Shown piece by piece: positions 1 to 11,357 of a stretch of DNA of 64,000 nucleotides. The notes under the pieces are model-generated. The model was not told the origin of the DNA. It was given only the letters and a program-made list of their open reading frames with translations, and did no database searches. The position numbers and the translations under genes were made by a program. The stretch is from NCBI GenBank assembly GCA_963730185.1, contig CAVSQW010000007.1, positions 448,001 to 512,000 of the forward strand, read 5' to 3'. Position 1 is the stretch's first letter. The number at the start of each line of letters is the position of its first letter. This DNA is from an uncultured Gemmatimonadales bacterium (GTDB lineage: Bacteria > Gemmatimonadota > Gemmatimonadetes > Gemmatimonadales > GWC2-71-9).

Positions 1-2517
1 GCGGAGGGCCTCTCCCGAGTGGCCGCCGACCAGGTGGTGGAGTACCTGGCCGAGGCTCGGCGGCTGCTCGGGGTCTTGCCGTCCCGGACGGTCGTCGTGG
101 CCGAGCGGTTCTTCGACCAAGCCGGCGGGATGCAGCTGGTGCTCCACGCCCCCTTCGGGAGCCGGGTCAACCGGGCCTGGGGCCTGGCCCTCCGGAAGCG
201 ATTCTGCCGCCAGTTCAACTTCGAGCTCCAGGCCGCCGCCACCGACGATGCGGTGCTCCTCTCGCTCGGCCCGCAGCATTCCTTCCCGCTCGAGAGCGTC
301 TTCCGCTTCTTGCAATCCGGCTCGGTGCGCGAGGTGCTGGTCCAAGCCTTCCTCGACGCCCCGGTCTTCGCGACCCGGTGGCGCTGGAATGCCAACATCT
401 CCCTGGCCGTTCCCCGGTTCCGGAACGGCCGGCGGAACCCGCCCCAGCTCCAGCGGATGGAGGCCGACGACCTCCTCGCGGCCGCCTTCCCCGATGCCGC
501 GGCCTGCCTCGAGAACATCCCGGGCGACCGGGAAGTGCCCGACCACCCCCTCGTGGCGCAGACCATCGACGACTGTCTCCACGAGGCGATGGACCTCGAC
601 GGTCTGGTCGCGGTGCTCGAGGCCCTCGAGACCGGCAAGATCCAGGGTGTGGCCCGCGACCTCCCGGAGCCGTCGCCGCTGGCCCACGAAATCCTGAACG
701 CCAAGCCGTACGCCTTCCTTGACGATGCTCCGCTCGAGGAGCGCCGGACCCAGGCCGTCCTCACCCGCCGGGCCTTCGAACCCGGCTCGACCGACGATCT
801 CGGCGCCCTCGATCCGGCCGCCATCCTCCGGGTCCGCGACGAGGCCTGGCCCGATCCCCGTGATCCGGACGAGCTCCACGATGCGCTGGTGGTGTCGGGC
901 TTTCTGACCGAGGTCGAGGGACGCACCGGTCGCGAGGGGACCGCCTGGACGGCGCTGTTCGAGCGGTTGGTCGCCGACGGACGAGCCCTGGCTCTCGGCG
1001 GTCTCTGGGTGGCCACCGAGCGAGCCGCCCTGGTCCGGGCCCGGCCCGATCCTGGTGCCGTGCGCGAGCTGCTCCGGGGGCGGCTCGAGATCGTCGGACC
1101 GATCCGGGCCGCCGACCTGGCCCGGTCGCTGGGCGTCGCAGAGCCCGCGGCCGAAGGGGCGCTGGCCGCGCTGGAGAGCGAAGGGGTGGTGCTCCGGGGC
1201 CGGTTCACGCCCGGCGCGGCGGGCCTGGAATGGTGCGACCGGCGCCTCCTGGCCCGGATTCACCGCTACACCCTGCACCGCCTGCGGGCGGAGATCGAGC
1301 CGGTCAGCACCGGCGACCTCCTCCGGTTCCTCCTCGACTGGCAGCGGGTCTCCCCCGAGGAGCGGGTGGCCGGCCTGGAGGGATTGGGCGCCGTCCTCGA
1401 GCAGCTCGACGGCTACGAGGTGCCGGCCGGCGCCTGGGAGCTGGAGGTGCTCGGCGCCCGGTGCACCGAGTACGAGCCGGCCCTGCTCGATCTGACTTGC
1501 CTGACCGGGCGGGTGGCCTGGGGCCGCCTCTCACCGCCCGCCCCCGGCGGGGCGTCGGCCCGCCCCATCCGGACCACCCCGATCGCCCTCTGCCGGCGAG
1601 AGCACCTCGAGGGGTGGCGGCGGCTGGCCGCGCCGGCGTTCGGCGGGGCGCTCTCCGCCGGGGCCGGCCAGGTGCTCGAGGCGCTCGAGCATCGGGGCGC
1701 GTCGTTCCTGGCCGAGCTGGCGGGAGCGACGGGCCTCCTGGCCACCCAGGTCGAGCTGGCCCTCGCCGAGCTCGCTGCGGTGGGGCTGGTCACCTCCGAC
1801 AGCTACGCCGGGCTCCGCGCCCTGCTCACGCCGTCGGCTCGGCGCCCGCCGCTCGGCGGGGCCCGCCGCCGGCACCGGACCGCGTCGTTCGGATTCGAGG
1901 CGGCCGGGCGGTGGTCGCTGCTCTCAGGGCGAGAGGCCGGTCGGCCGGACAATCGCAGCGGACCGGCCCCGGACGACCTGGAGCGCCTGGCCCGGGCCCT
2001 CCTGGCTCGCTACGGCGTGGTGTTCCACCGGCTGCTGGCCCGTGAGCCGATCGCGGTTCCCTGGCGAGTGCTCCTGCCGGTCTTGCGCCGGCTCGAGGCC
2101 CGGGGCGACGTCCGAGGCGGCCGGTTCGTCGCCGAGGTCAGCGGCGAGCAGTTCGCGATGCCCGACGCCGTGGCCCGGTTGCGGGCGGCGCGCCGGCGCC
2201 CGCCAGCGGGCGTCCTGGTGGCGGTGTCCGCCGTCGATCCGCTCAACCTGGTCGGGATCGTCACCCCGGGAGACCGGGTGGCCGCGCTGGCCGCCAACCG
2301 GATCGCGTTCGACGACGGCCGGCCGGTGGCCGCCCTGGAGGGGGGGCGGGTTCGCTGGCTGACCGAGCTCGATCCCGACCGGTCCCGGGCGGTCGAGTCG
2401 ATCCTGACCCGGCGGCCCGTCAGCCGGGCGCTCCGGGCCCTGCTCGGCGTGCCCGGCCGGGAGCCCGAGGCTGGCCCGGCCCGGCGGGCCCGCCGCCCGA
2501 GCGCGCCGGCCGGCTGA
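1..2517 (+). CDS. lhr: Lhr-like ATP-dependent DEAD/H helicase, C-terminal portion (5' end lies outside the window)
   Basis: Frame open from base 1; Lhr C-terminal motifs (HAPFGSRVNRAWGLALRKRFCR, QLQRM, EWCDRRLLARIHRYTL, RGGRFV..GEQFA, DPLNL). Confidence 0.85.
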   Translation, partial: AEGLSRVAADQVVEYLAEARRLLGVLPSRTVVVAERFFDQAGGMQLVLHAPFGSRVNRAWGLALRKRFCRQFNFELQAAATDDAVLLSLGPQHSFPLESVFRFLQSGSVREVLVQAFLDAPVFATRWRWNANISLAVPRFRNGRRNPPQLQRMEADDLLAAAFPDAAACLENIPGDREVPDHPLVAQTIDDCLHEAMDLDGLVAVLEALETGKIQGVARDLPEPSPLAHEILNAKPYAFLDDAPLEERRTQAVLTRRAFEPGSTDDLGALDPAAILRVRDEAWPDPRDPDELHDALVVSGFLTEVEGRTGREGTAWTALFERLVADGRALALGGLWVATERAALVRARPDPGAVRELLRGRLEIVGPIRAADLARSLGVAEPAAEGALAALESEGVVLRGRFTPGAAGLEWCDRRLLARIHRYTLHRLRAEIEPVSTGDLLRFLLDWQRVSPEERVAGLEGLGAVLEQLDGYEVPAGAWELEVLGARCTEYEPALLDLTCLTGRVAWGRLSPPAPGGASARPIRTTPIALCRREHLEGWRRLAAPAFGGALSAGAGQVLEALEHRGASFLAELAGATGLLATQVELALAELAAVGLVTSDSYAGLRALLTPSARRPPLGGARRRHRTASFGFEAAGRWSLLSGREAGRPDNRSGPAPDDLERLARALLARYGVVFHRLLAREPIAVPWRVLLPVLRRLEARGDVRGGRFVAEVSGEQFAMPDAVARLRAARRRPPAGVLVAVSAVDPLNLVGIVTPGDRVAALAANRIAFDDGRPVAALEGGRVRWLTELDPDRSRAVESILTRRPVSRALRALLGVPGREPEAGPARRARRPSAPAG

Positions 2518-2551
2518 CCCCTCGCCTGTCCGCGCGTCGTCCGGAGGCTGC

Positions 2552-5203
2552 CTAACGTTTGGTCGTGTCGGCCAGCGCGGCCCGAAGCGCGGCCGCCTGC
2601 TCGGGCTTGCCCAGGGCCTCGGCCTCGTCGGCCAGGTCCCGGCGGGCCGCCCGGAGCCAACTCACTGCGGGATCGGTCTGCTTGCTCAGAATGTCGAACC
2701 CCGCTTGCGTCTCCACCTCGGCCGAGTCGTAGAGATGCCGGCGGAGGAGGGCCCGTCCCAGCTTGATCCGCGCGATGCCCACGTTCAGGTGGCCGGGCGG
2801 CAGCGTCTTCGCGTACATCGCCAGGGCCTCGCGGAAGAGCGGCTCGGCCCGGGCGTACTCGCGCCGGGCCAGGTACACGCTGGCGAGGTTGGAGAGCGCG
2901 ATGCCGATCAGGTAGTGCTTGCCATCGTAGATCTTCTGGTAGGTGGCCACCAGGCGTTTGAAGTACCGCTCCGCCTGGTCGTAGTGATCCTCCATCAGGG
3001 CGGTGCTCCCCAGCTCGTTCAGCGCGGAGGCCACCTTCGGGTGGGTCGGTCCGTAGACCGACTCCTGGATGGCGAGGGCGCGGCGGAGCAGGGAGTCGGC
3101 TTCCGCGAAACGACTCTCGAAGATCAAGGTGCGTCCCAGCACGGTCAGATTGCTGGCCGTCTTCGGGTGGTTGGGCCCGTACCACGCCTCGGTCAGCTGG
3201 AGCGCCTGCCGATAGTAGCGCTCGGCCTCGGCGTAGTGACCCTCCTCGTGTTGGATGGCGCCGAGGTTGATCAGGTCCTCGGCCACCAGAGGGTGCCGGT
3301 CGCCGTGGAGCGCCCGGGTCATGGCGAGCACCTCCCGGGTCAGCGAGTCGGCCTCTTTCATCCGGCCGGCGTAGAAGTTGACGTTGGCCAGCTCGTAGAT
3401 CGCGTCGGCCAGGCCTGACTGCTGTTGCCTGCCGCGACCTGGAGGCGAACCGCCTCGGTGAGCACCACGGTGGCCGAATCGTACTCGCCGCGTTCCTCGA
3501 GTACCCGGCCCAGCACCTCCGTCGCGTCGGCCACGTCGGGATGGTTGGCGGGGAGCGTCCGCCGGGCCAGGTCCAGTCCCCGGCGGACCAGCCGTTCGGC
3601 GTCGTCGAAGCGGGCCTGATCGATCCGAAGCTCACCGAGGGCCACCAGAGTGCGCGCCACCTCGGGGCTCTCGGGACCGGTCAGTCGCCGCTGCTCTTCC
3701 AGGCTGGCCTGGAGCAAGGAATCGGCGCGGGGCAGCTTACCGAGCTGGGTGTAGAGGCCGCCGAGGGTGTGGTAGAGCTCCGCTTGAACGGCCGGCTCCC
3801 GGTCCAGTGTCCTGGCTTCCTGGAGGCCGCGGTCGAGGAGGGTCACCACCCGGAGGCTGTCCGCGGGGCCCACCTCGTCCTCGCCGCCTTGGAAGAGGTT
3901 GAGCATGAACTTCTGGATCCGCCCGGTGCGGGTGGCTTCGGCCAGGGCGGCGTTCCGGGCCCGGGTCAGGCGGACCGTATAGAAGGCGGTGAGGCTGATC
4001 ACCGCCACCAGGGCGAGCGCGGCGGCCGCGACCGGCTGTCGGTTCCTCCGAACGAACTTGCCGACCCGATACCCCAGGGTGTCGGGCCGGGCGTCGAGCG
4101 GCTCGCCGTCGAGGTAGCGATCGATGTCCTGGATCAGCGCGTCCACCGTCCGGTAGCGACGGTCGCGGTCGGGATGCATCGCGGTGAGGCAGAGCACGTC
4201 GAGGTCGGCCCACTCCGCCCGGCTCGAGGGACGGCGGTCGGCGATCCCCCTCGGCGGCCGCGCTCCGGACCGCGACCGACGGCCGCTCCGGTTCATGGCC
4301 GAGCAGCATCGCTCGGCCTCGCCGGGGGAGCGCCCGGTCAGGTCGAACGGGAGCCGGCCGGCGAAGAGCTCGTAGAGGATCACCCCCAGGGCGTAGACGT
4401 CGGTGTAGGTGCCCACCCGCTCGCCCCGGATCTGTTCCGGCGCCGCGTAGGCCGGCGTCATCAGCCGGAGCCCGGTCCGGTGTGGTCGCCGGGCAGGTCG
4501 AGGCTGTCGACGTGCTTGGCGATTCCGAAGTCCAGCAGCTTCACCGTGCCGTCGTCCTTGACCAGAATGTTCGAGGGCTTGAGGTCCCGGTGCACGACCG
4601 CCAACCGGTGGGCGTGGAGGACGGCTTCGCACACGGCCCGGAAGAGCAGGAGCCGGCCTCGGAGGGAGGTCGCCCGGCGGAGACAGTAGGTCGTCGATCG
4701 GCACGCCCTCGACGTACTCCATCACGAACCACGGCGTCCCGTCGGCCAGGGTGTCGGCGTCGTAGAGCGGCGCGATGGCGGGATGGTGGAGCTGGGCCAG
4801 GGTCCGCTGCTCGGTGGCGAAGCGCTCCCGCCGGGAGGGGGAAAGCGAGGCGTCGCGGAGGATCTTGATCGCCGCCAGGCTCCCGAGGTCGCTCCGTTCC
4901 GCCAGGTAGACCACCCCCATGCCGCCTTCGCCCAGGACCCGCTGGATCCGGTAGGGACCGAAGGCCTGCTCGCGGAGCCCGGGGGACCGGGTCGCGGTCG
5001 AGCACGGCGTCGGCCACGGGGCCAGGTCGCCGTCGAGCAGCGAGGCGCCGCGCTCGTCCTCCGCCAGCATCGCCATCACCTCGGCCCCGAGCCCAGGGTC
5101 GTCGGCGGTGCGACCGGCCACGAAGGCGGCCCGCTCCGGGAGGGGGCAGCTCCGTCGCCTCGTGGAAGAGGTCCTGGATCCGTCGCCAGCGTTCCGCGTC
5201 CAC
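2552..5203 (-). pseudogene. Membrane Ser/Thr protein kinase with C-terminal TPR repeats, broken by about 8 frameshifts (pseudogene or assembly error)
   Basis: MDAERWRRIQDLFHEA start; [23 protein letters not shown] and TPAYAAPEQ fall in alternating frames; TM segment after VRRNR; kinesin-like TPR repeats (GxxHPxVA..LNxLG). Confidence 0.85.
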
Positions 5204-5205
5204 GG

Positions 5206-5727
5206 TCAGGAGGCCCGGTTGAGCTCGTGCGCCAGCCAGGCCTTGGCGGCGCGCCAGTCACGGAGCACCGTGGCCTCGGAGATCTCCAGCAGCTCGGCCG
5301 TTTCCCGCACGTCGAGTCCGCCGAAGAACCGGCATTCCACCATCGTGGCTTGACGGGGGCTCACACCCGCGAGGGTTTCGAGCGCGCCGTCGAGGGCCAG
5401 GAGGTCGTTGGCCGAGGCTGCCGGAGTCTGGAGCGCTTCGTCGAAGGTCACCATCGCGGCCCCGGCGCCGCGCTTCTGCGCCTTGCGCCGGCGAGCCGCG
5501 TCGACCAGCACCTGGCGCATGGCCCGGGCGGCAATCCGCTTGAAGTGGAGCGGCGAGGTCTGGGCCACGGTTGGGGTGGCGGCCAGCTTGAGCCACGCTT
5601 CGTGAACCAGGGCGGTGGGGCTCATGCTGGCCGACGGATCGTCGCCCCGCACCGTCGTCGCCAGGCGACGAAGCTCCTCGTAGGCCAGGCTGAACAGCTC
5701 ATCGAGTGCGCGACGATCCTCGTCCAT
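5206..5727 (-). CDS. ECF-type RNA polymerase sigma factor (kinase-associated, TIGR02999-like)
   Basis: YEELRRLA, PTALVHEAWLKL, AARAMRQVLVDAARRRKAQKRG, VECRFFGGL, TVLRDWRAAKAWL; ends 2 bp before the kinase start. Confidence 0.9.
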   Translation of the reverse strand: MDEDRRALDELFSLAYEELRRLATTVRGDDPSASMSPTALVHEAWLKLAATPTVAQTSPLHFKRIAARAMRQVLVDAARRRKAQKRGAGAAMVTFDEALQTPAASANDLLALDGALETLAGVSPRQATMVECRFFGGLDVRETAELLEISEATVLRDWRAAKAWLAHELNRAS

Positions 5728-5924
5728 CTCTTCTCCCGTGTCCGGGGGGCCCCGGGCCTTACGCGACTGGATGGACATCCGAATGACGGATCCCGGCCGT
5801 TCTCTCCGCAATGAAAGCCGGAGCGTGCCACACGGTCGGACGGGTAAGGCTATCACTCGGGCTGGACCCGAGCAACGGTCACGGGGCCGGGGCCGGGGCT
5901 GCGGCTCCTTCTCGAGGTGCGTCG

Positions 5925-6233
5925 ATGGCGCTGGTGGGTCCGCTTTCCCGATTGGCGCGGGAAGATGTCATCGAACGATTGCGAAGCACGGGGTCCTACG
6001 ATCCCGACGTCCTCTATGCCGAGAAGCTGGTCCTGCTCCGGCGAATCAGGACGCCGCGGATCGCGGGACTCTGCCTCGTCGCGGCTGGGATGCTCAGCCT
6101 CCGGCGTCTGGTCCTCGGATGGATCGGCGTGCCGATGGTCCTGGTGGGCTGGTGGCTGCATCGCCGCGGCGCGCGCAACGCCGCCACCGTCGAGTCCGCC
6201 TACGCCGAGTTCATCCGGATGCCCGGCGGCTGA
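5925..6233 (+). CDS. Small hypothetical membrane protein (two hydrophobic segments)
   Basis: GAGGT RBS before ATG; 102 aa with IAGLCLVAAGMLSL and LVLGWIGVPMVLVGWW. Confidence 0.65.
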   Translation: MALVGPLSRLAREDVIERLRSTGSYDPDVLYAEKLVLLRRIRTPRIAGLCLVAAGMLSLRRLVLGWIGVPMVLVGWWLHRRGARNAATVESAYAEFIRMPGG

Positions 6234-6278
6234 GACGGCTCGATCGGGTTCCTCACCCCGTGCTCCGGACTCGACCCT

Positions 6279-7631
<1,353 letters not shown>

Positions 7632-7632
7632 C

Positions 7633-8898
7633 TTACTCGGCTAGTCGACTCGGGACCGCGGAGTCGATCTCCGCGAGCGCCAGGTCGAGGGTGGAAAATC
7701 GGTCGGTCGGGCTCTTGGCCAGCATCCGCGATACCGCCGTCACCAGACCGGGCGGCAGGCCGGGCCGACGCGCCCCGAGGTCGGGCGCCGGCGTGTGGAC
7801 GTGAGCCCAGAGCAGCGCCATCGGGTTGCCGACCTCGAACGGGGGTCGACCCGCCAGCATTTCGAACAGCACCACCCCGAGGGAGTACTGGTCCGAGGCG
7901 CCGGTGATCGGCTCCCCCACGCACTGCTCCGGACTCATGTAGGTCGGCGTGCCCAGCGCGGCGCCGCTGACGGTCAGGCCCCGCTGCTCCGTCAGCTTGG
8001 CGATCCCGAAGTCGGTCACCACCACCCAGCCGTTCCGTTCCAGGAGGACGTTGTCCGGCTTCACGTCGCGGTGCACGACCCCGTGTCGGTGGGCGTAGCT
8101 CAGCGCGCCGCCCGCCTGGACGGTGACGGCGACGGCCCGATCCACGTCGAAGCGGCCGGCCTCCCGGAGCGCCGCGCCCAGCCCCGGTCCCTCCACCCGT
8201 TTCATGGTGAAGAAGCAGAAGGTCGGGGTTTGCCGCACCGCATAGATCGGGACGATATGCGGGTGGGTCAACGACGCCGCGATCCGCGCCTCACGCCGGA
8301 ACCGCTCCACCATGCCGACCCCCTCGGTCAGATCCGGGGCCATCACCTTGAGCGCGACCTCGCGGTCGAGCGCGAGATCGCGGGCCCGGAACACGGTCGC
8401 GGTGGCGCCGACGCCGATCTCCTCGAAGATCTCGTATTCGTCCGCGGTCTCGCGGCAGAGCGTCTGGAGCAGGTCGGATCGGATGGGCACCCAGCGCCCG
8501 TGTGCCTGAGTGTTCGAACTCGGGGACGCCTTGCGCGGACGATCCAGCGCCCGCCGGACCAGGCTCCGGAGCTCGCGCGGACTCTGGATCGGCTTCTGGA
8601 GGTAGTCGACCGCGCCCAGCTTCATGGCCTCCACCGCCGAGTCGACCGAGCCGTACGCGGTCAGCACCAGGACGGGCATCGTCGGGCAGGCGGCCCGGGC
8701 GAACCGGACCAGCGACAGCCCGTCGTACCGCGGCATCCGGAGATCGGTCATCATCAGATCGTACCCGTCGTGTCCCAGTCGCTCCACCGCCTCGGCCCCG
8801 TCGCCCGCGACCTCCACCGTGTGGCCGTCGTCCCGAAGGGCCTCGGCCAGGAACTCGCGGACCCCCTCTTCGTCGTCGACCACCAGAATCCGGGACAC
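7633..8898 (-). CDS. Hybrid protein: receiver domain fused to a Hanks-type Ser/Thr kinase
   Basis: N-terminal REC (VVDDE, TDLRMP, QKP); kinase motifs [28 protein letters not shown]; no TM segment. Confidence 0.9.
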   Translation of the reverse strand: MSRILVVDDEEGVREFLAEALRDDGHTVEVAGDGAEAVERLGHDGYDLMMTDLRMPRYDGLSLVRFARAACPTMPVLVLTAYGSVDSAVEAMKLGAVDYLQKPIQSPRELRSLVRRALDRPRKASPSSNTQAHGRWVPIRSDLLQTLCRETADEYEIFEEIGVGATATVFRARDLALDREVALKVMAPDLTEGVGMVERFRREARIAASLTHPHIVPIYAVRQTPTFCFFTMKRVEGPGLGAALREAGRFDVDRAVAVTVQAGGALSYAHRHGVVHRDVKPDNVLLERNGWVVVTDFGIAKLTEQRGLTVSGAALGTPTYMSPEQCVGEPITGASDQYSLGVVLFEMLAGRPPFEVGNPMALLWAHVHTPAPDLGARRPGLPPGLVTAVSRMLAKSPTDRFSTLDLALAEIDSAVPSRLAE

Positions 8899-8908
8899 CG
8901 TCAGGGCC

Positions 8909-10228
8909 TCACGACCGGGGGATCACGATGCGGAACACCGCACCCCCGTGGGGATGGTTGTCGGCGGTGATGGTGCCGCCGTGAAGCTCGGCGATTCGCT
9001 TGGCGACGGTCAGGCCAAGCCCGGTGCCCGTGGTTCGGGTGGTGTAGAACGGGACGAAGATCCGAGCCCGGTCGCCCCCGCTCAACCCCGGTCCGAAGTC
9101 GCGGACCGCGAATACGAGCGACGACCCGTCGCGGCTGATCGTCGCCTCCGGCCGGGTACCCTCGGCGGTGACCTGACGCGCGTTCCGAAGCACGTTCGTC
9201 AACACCTGGCGAAGCCGCTTGGCGTCGACCGACCAGGTCGCCGGGGCATCGGTCACGACCGTCGCGAAACCGTCGGGCGCAACCTCCTCGGCCGCGGCGG
9301 CCAGCAGGGCCGCCGGGTCGACCTCCTCGCGCTCGATCGGCCCGGTGCGAGCGAAATCGAGGAGATCGGAGGTGAGCGCTTCCAGCCGGACCGCTTCCTG
9401 GACGATCCGATCGGCCTTGCGACGCTCCGGTGCCTGGTCCGGCAGCCGTTCCGCCAGGAGCTGCGCGTGCCCCTTGAGCGACGCGAGCGGGTTCCGAATC
9501 TCGTGCGCCAGCACAGCCGACATCTCGCCCAGCATCCCGAGGCGCCGCTGCTGCTCCACGACCTGCTGGGCCCGGTCGTGCTTCACCGAGACCCACCAGA
9601 AGAGCAGCGAGGCGCCGAACAGGGCAGCGGCAACGATCGCCGAGACGATCATGCTCCGCTCCGCCTGGGTGACGAGATGGCGGGCGAACGAGGGCTCGAA
9701 CTCCACCATGACCATGGACGGCCGGGGCCGGGGGCCCTGGTCCATTCGATCGGGGTTGAATCGGTCCCAGGTGAGCCGGCCGGTCGAATCGGCCGCGACG
9801 GTGGGCGGCAGATAGGCCACCGCTTGGAGTCGCGCCCTCGGGCCCGCCGAGAGCGTGAGCAGGTCACGCGGTCCGCCACCCCGCGCCTCCAGCGTCGCGG
9901 AGTCGGGGGTCGGCCGGATCGAGGTCCCGGCCCAAGCAACCAGACGGCGGTCGGAATCGTAGAACGCGATGTAGCGGGCGCCCGAGGTCTCCTGCTGCGC
10001 CAGCAACGAGTCCATGAGGATCGTCCCGGGTGGCCCGTCCCGGTCTCGGAGCGTGCGGCGGAGCCCGCTGGTGAGGAGCTCGCCCTGGCCGCGGTCCAGC
10101 GCGGTGGTCGCCTCCTTCGCCTCCCGAAGTCCGAGCCACGACGTCACCAGCAGCGCGGCCGCCATGGCGAAGGTGGTGCCCAGCAGACCCCAACGTCCCA
10201 ACCGTCCGCTCTGCAGCCGTGGTGTCAT
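8909..10228 (-). CDS. Membrane sensor histidine kinase (NtrB/ZraS-like)
   Basis: Two TM segments, H-box AHEIRNPL, N-box NVLRNA, DFGPG, PFYTT, GTGLGL; RBS GAGG before ATG 10228. Confidence 0.92.
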   Translation of the reverse strand: MTPRLQSGRLGRWGLLGTTFAMAAALLVTSWLGLREAKEATTALDRGQGELLTSGLRRTLRDRDGPPGTILMDSLLAQQETSGARYIAFYDSDRRLVAWAGTSIRPTPDSATLEARGGGPRDLLTLSAGPRARLQAVAYLPPTVAADSTGRLTWDRFNPDRMDQGPRPRPSMVMVEFEPSFARHLVTQAERSMIVSAIVAAALFGASLLFWWVSVKHDRAQQVVEQQRRLGMLGEMSAVLAHEIRNPLASLKGHAQLLAERLPDQAPERRKADRIVQEAVRLEALTSDLLDFARTGPIEREEVDPAALLAAAAEEVAPDGFATVVTDAPATWSVDAKRLRQVLTNVLRNARQVTAEGTRPEATISRDGSSLVFAVRDFGPGLSGGDRARIFVPFYTTRTTGTGLGLTVAKRIAELHGGTITADNHPHGGAVFRIVIPRS

Positions 10229-10333
10229 GGCGCCAACCTCGTCGGGGACCGTTCCAACATGTTGTTCATGATAAGGATGACGCTTACCTCTCCCCATCCA
10301 TCGTGGGCCCGGGCGCTGGGCGATGACATTCTC

Positions 10334-10348
10334 GCATCAGACGCGCCA
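10334..10348 (-). promoter_or_regulatory. Putative sigma-54 (-24/-12) promoter for the HK/REC-kinase/activator operon
   Basis: Minus strand TGGCGCGTCTGATGC matches TGGCACG-N4-TTGC with exact GG-N10-GC spacing. Confidence 0.6.
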
Positions 10349-10523
10349 CGGCTAACAGATGTCAGAACAACAACTTAGCATGGCTCAACCTGGCGAGAAG
10401 TGCAGTTACCGCACGGGTTGGTGTGCGACTTCCGCCGATCGGCCGCCTCGTTGATGCGGTGCCGGGCCGGCGGTATGCTTCGCCCGTTCCCGACCGAATC
10501 GCCACCGTCACTCCCCGGGGCCC

Positions 10524-11348
10524 ATGAAGCTCGCTCAAAAGGTCGCGCTCGTCTCCGGCTCCGGTCGTGGCATCGGCCGGGCCATCGCTCGGAAACTCGC
10601 GGCGGAGGGAGCCCGCGTCGTGGTCAACGATCTCGACGAGGCCCCCGCGCTCGAGACGGTTGGGCTGATCGAGGCCGCGGGCGGCGAGGCGATCGCCGAG
10701 GTGGGGAGTGTGACGGACCCGGGATTCGCGGAGCGGTTCGTCGGAGCGGCGGTCGGTCGCTGGAACGCGCTCGACCTGATCGTGAACAACGCCGGTTACA
10801 CCTGGGACAACGTCATTCAGAAGATGAGCGACGAGCAGTGGGATGCGATCCTCGACGTGCATCTCAAGGCGCCGTTCCGGATCCTCCGGGCCGCGAGCGA
10901 GTTCATTCGCGCCGCGGCCAAACGGGAGGCGGCCGCCGGCACGGAGGTGTTTCGCAAGGTCGTGAACATCTCGTCGGTCTCGGGGCTGAGCGGGAACGCC
11001 GGACAGGCCAACTACTCGTCGGCCAAGGCCGGGATCGTCGGTCTGACCAAGGCGCTGGCCAAGGAGTGGGGCCGCTACCGGGTCAACGTCAACGCCGTCG
11101 CCTTCGGGCTCATCACCACGCGTCTTACGGCGGCACCGGCCGATGGCGGCGCGACGATCGAGGTGGGCGGGCGGGAGATCCGGATCGGTCTCAATCCGCG
11201 GATCTACGACTTGACCGAGACGTTGATCCCCCTGGGCCGGGCGGGGACCGTCGAGGAGGCGGCGGGGGCCGTGTCGCTGTTCTGCCTGCCGGAGTCGAAC
11301 TACATCTCCGGCGAAGTCGTGATTTGCGGGGGCGGCTACACCATGTAG
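10524..11348 (+). CDS. SDR family oxidoreductase (FabG-like)
   Basis: GSGRGIG, NNAG, YSSAK, NAVAFG. Confidence 0.92.
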   Translation: MKLAQKVALVSGSGRGIGRAIARKLAAEGARVVVNDLDEAPALETVGLIEAAGGEAIAEVGSVTDPGFAERFVGAAVGRWNALDLIVNNAGYTWDNVIQKMSDEQWDAILDVHLKAPFRILRAASEFIRAAAKREAAAGTEVFRKVVNISSVSGLSGNAGQANYSSAKAGIVGLTKALAKEWGRYRVNVNAVAFGLITTRLTAAPADGGATIEVGGREIRIGLNPRIYDLTETLIPLGRAGTVEEAAGAVSLFCLPESNYISGEVVICGGGYTM

Positions 11349-11357
11349 CCGCTGGCG

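Noticed and set aside
10381..10405. Plus-strand sigma-54 promoter (TGGCGAGAAGTGC)
   Set aside because: GG-to-GC spacing is 8, not the required 10.
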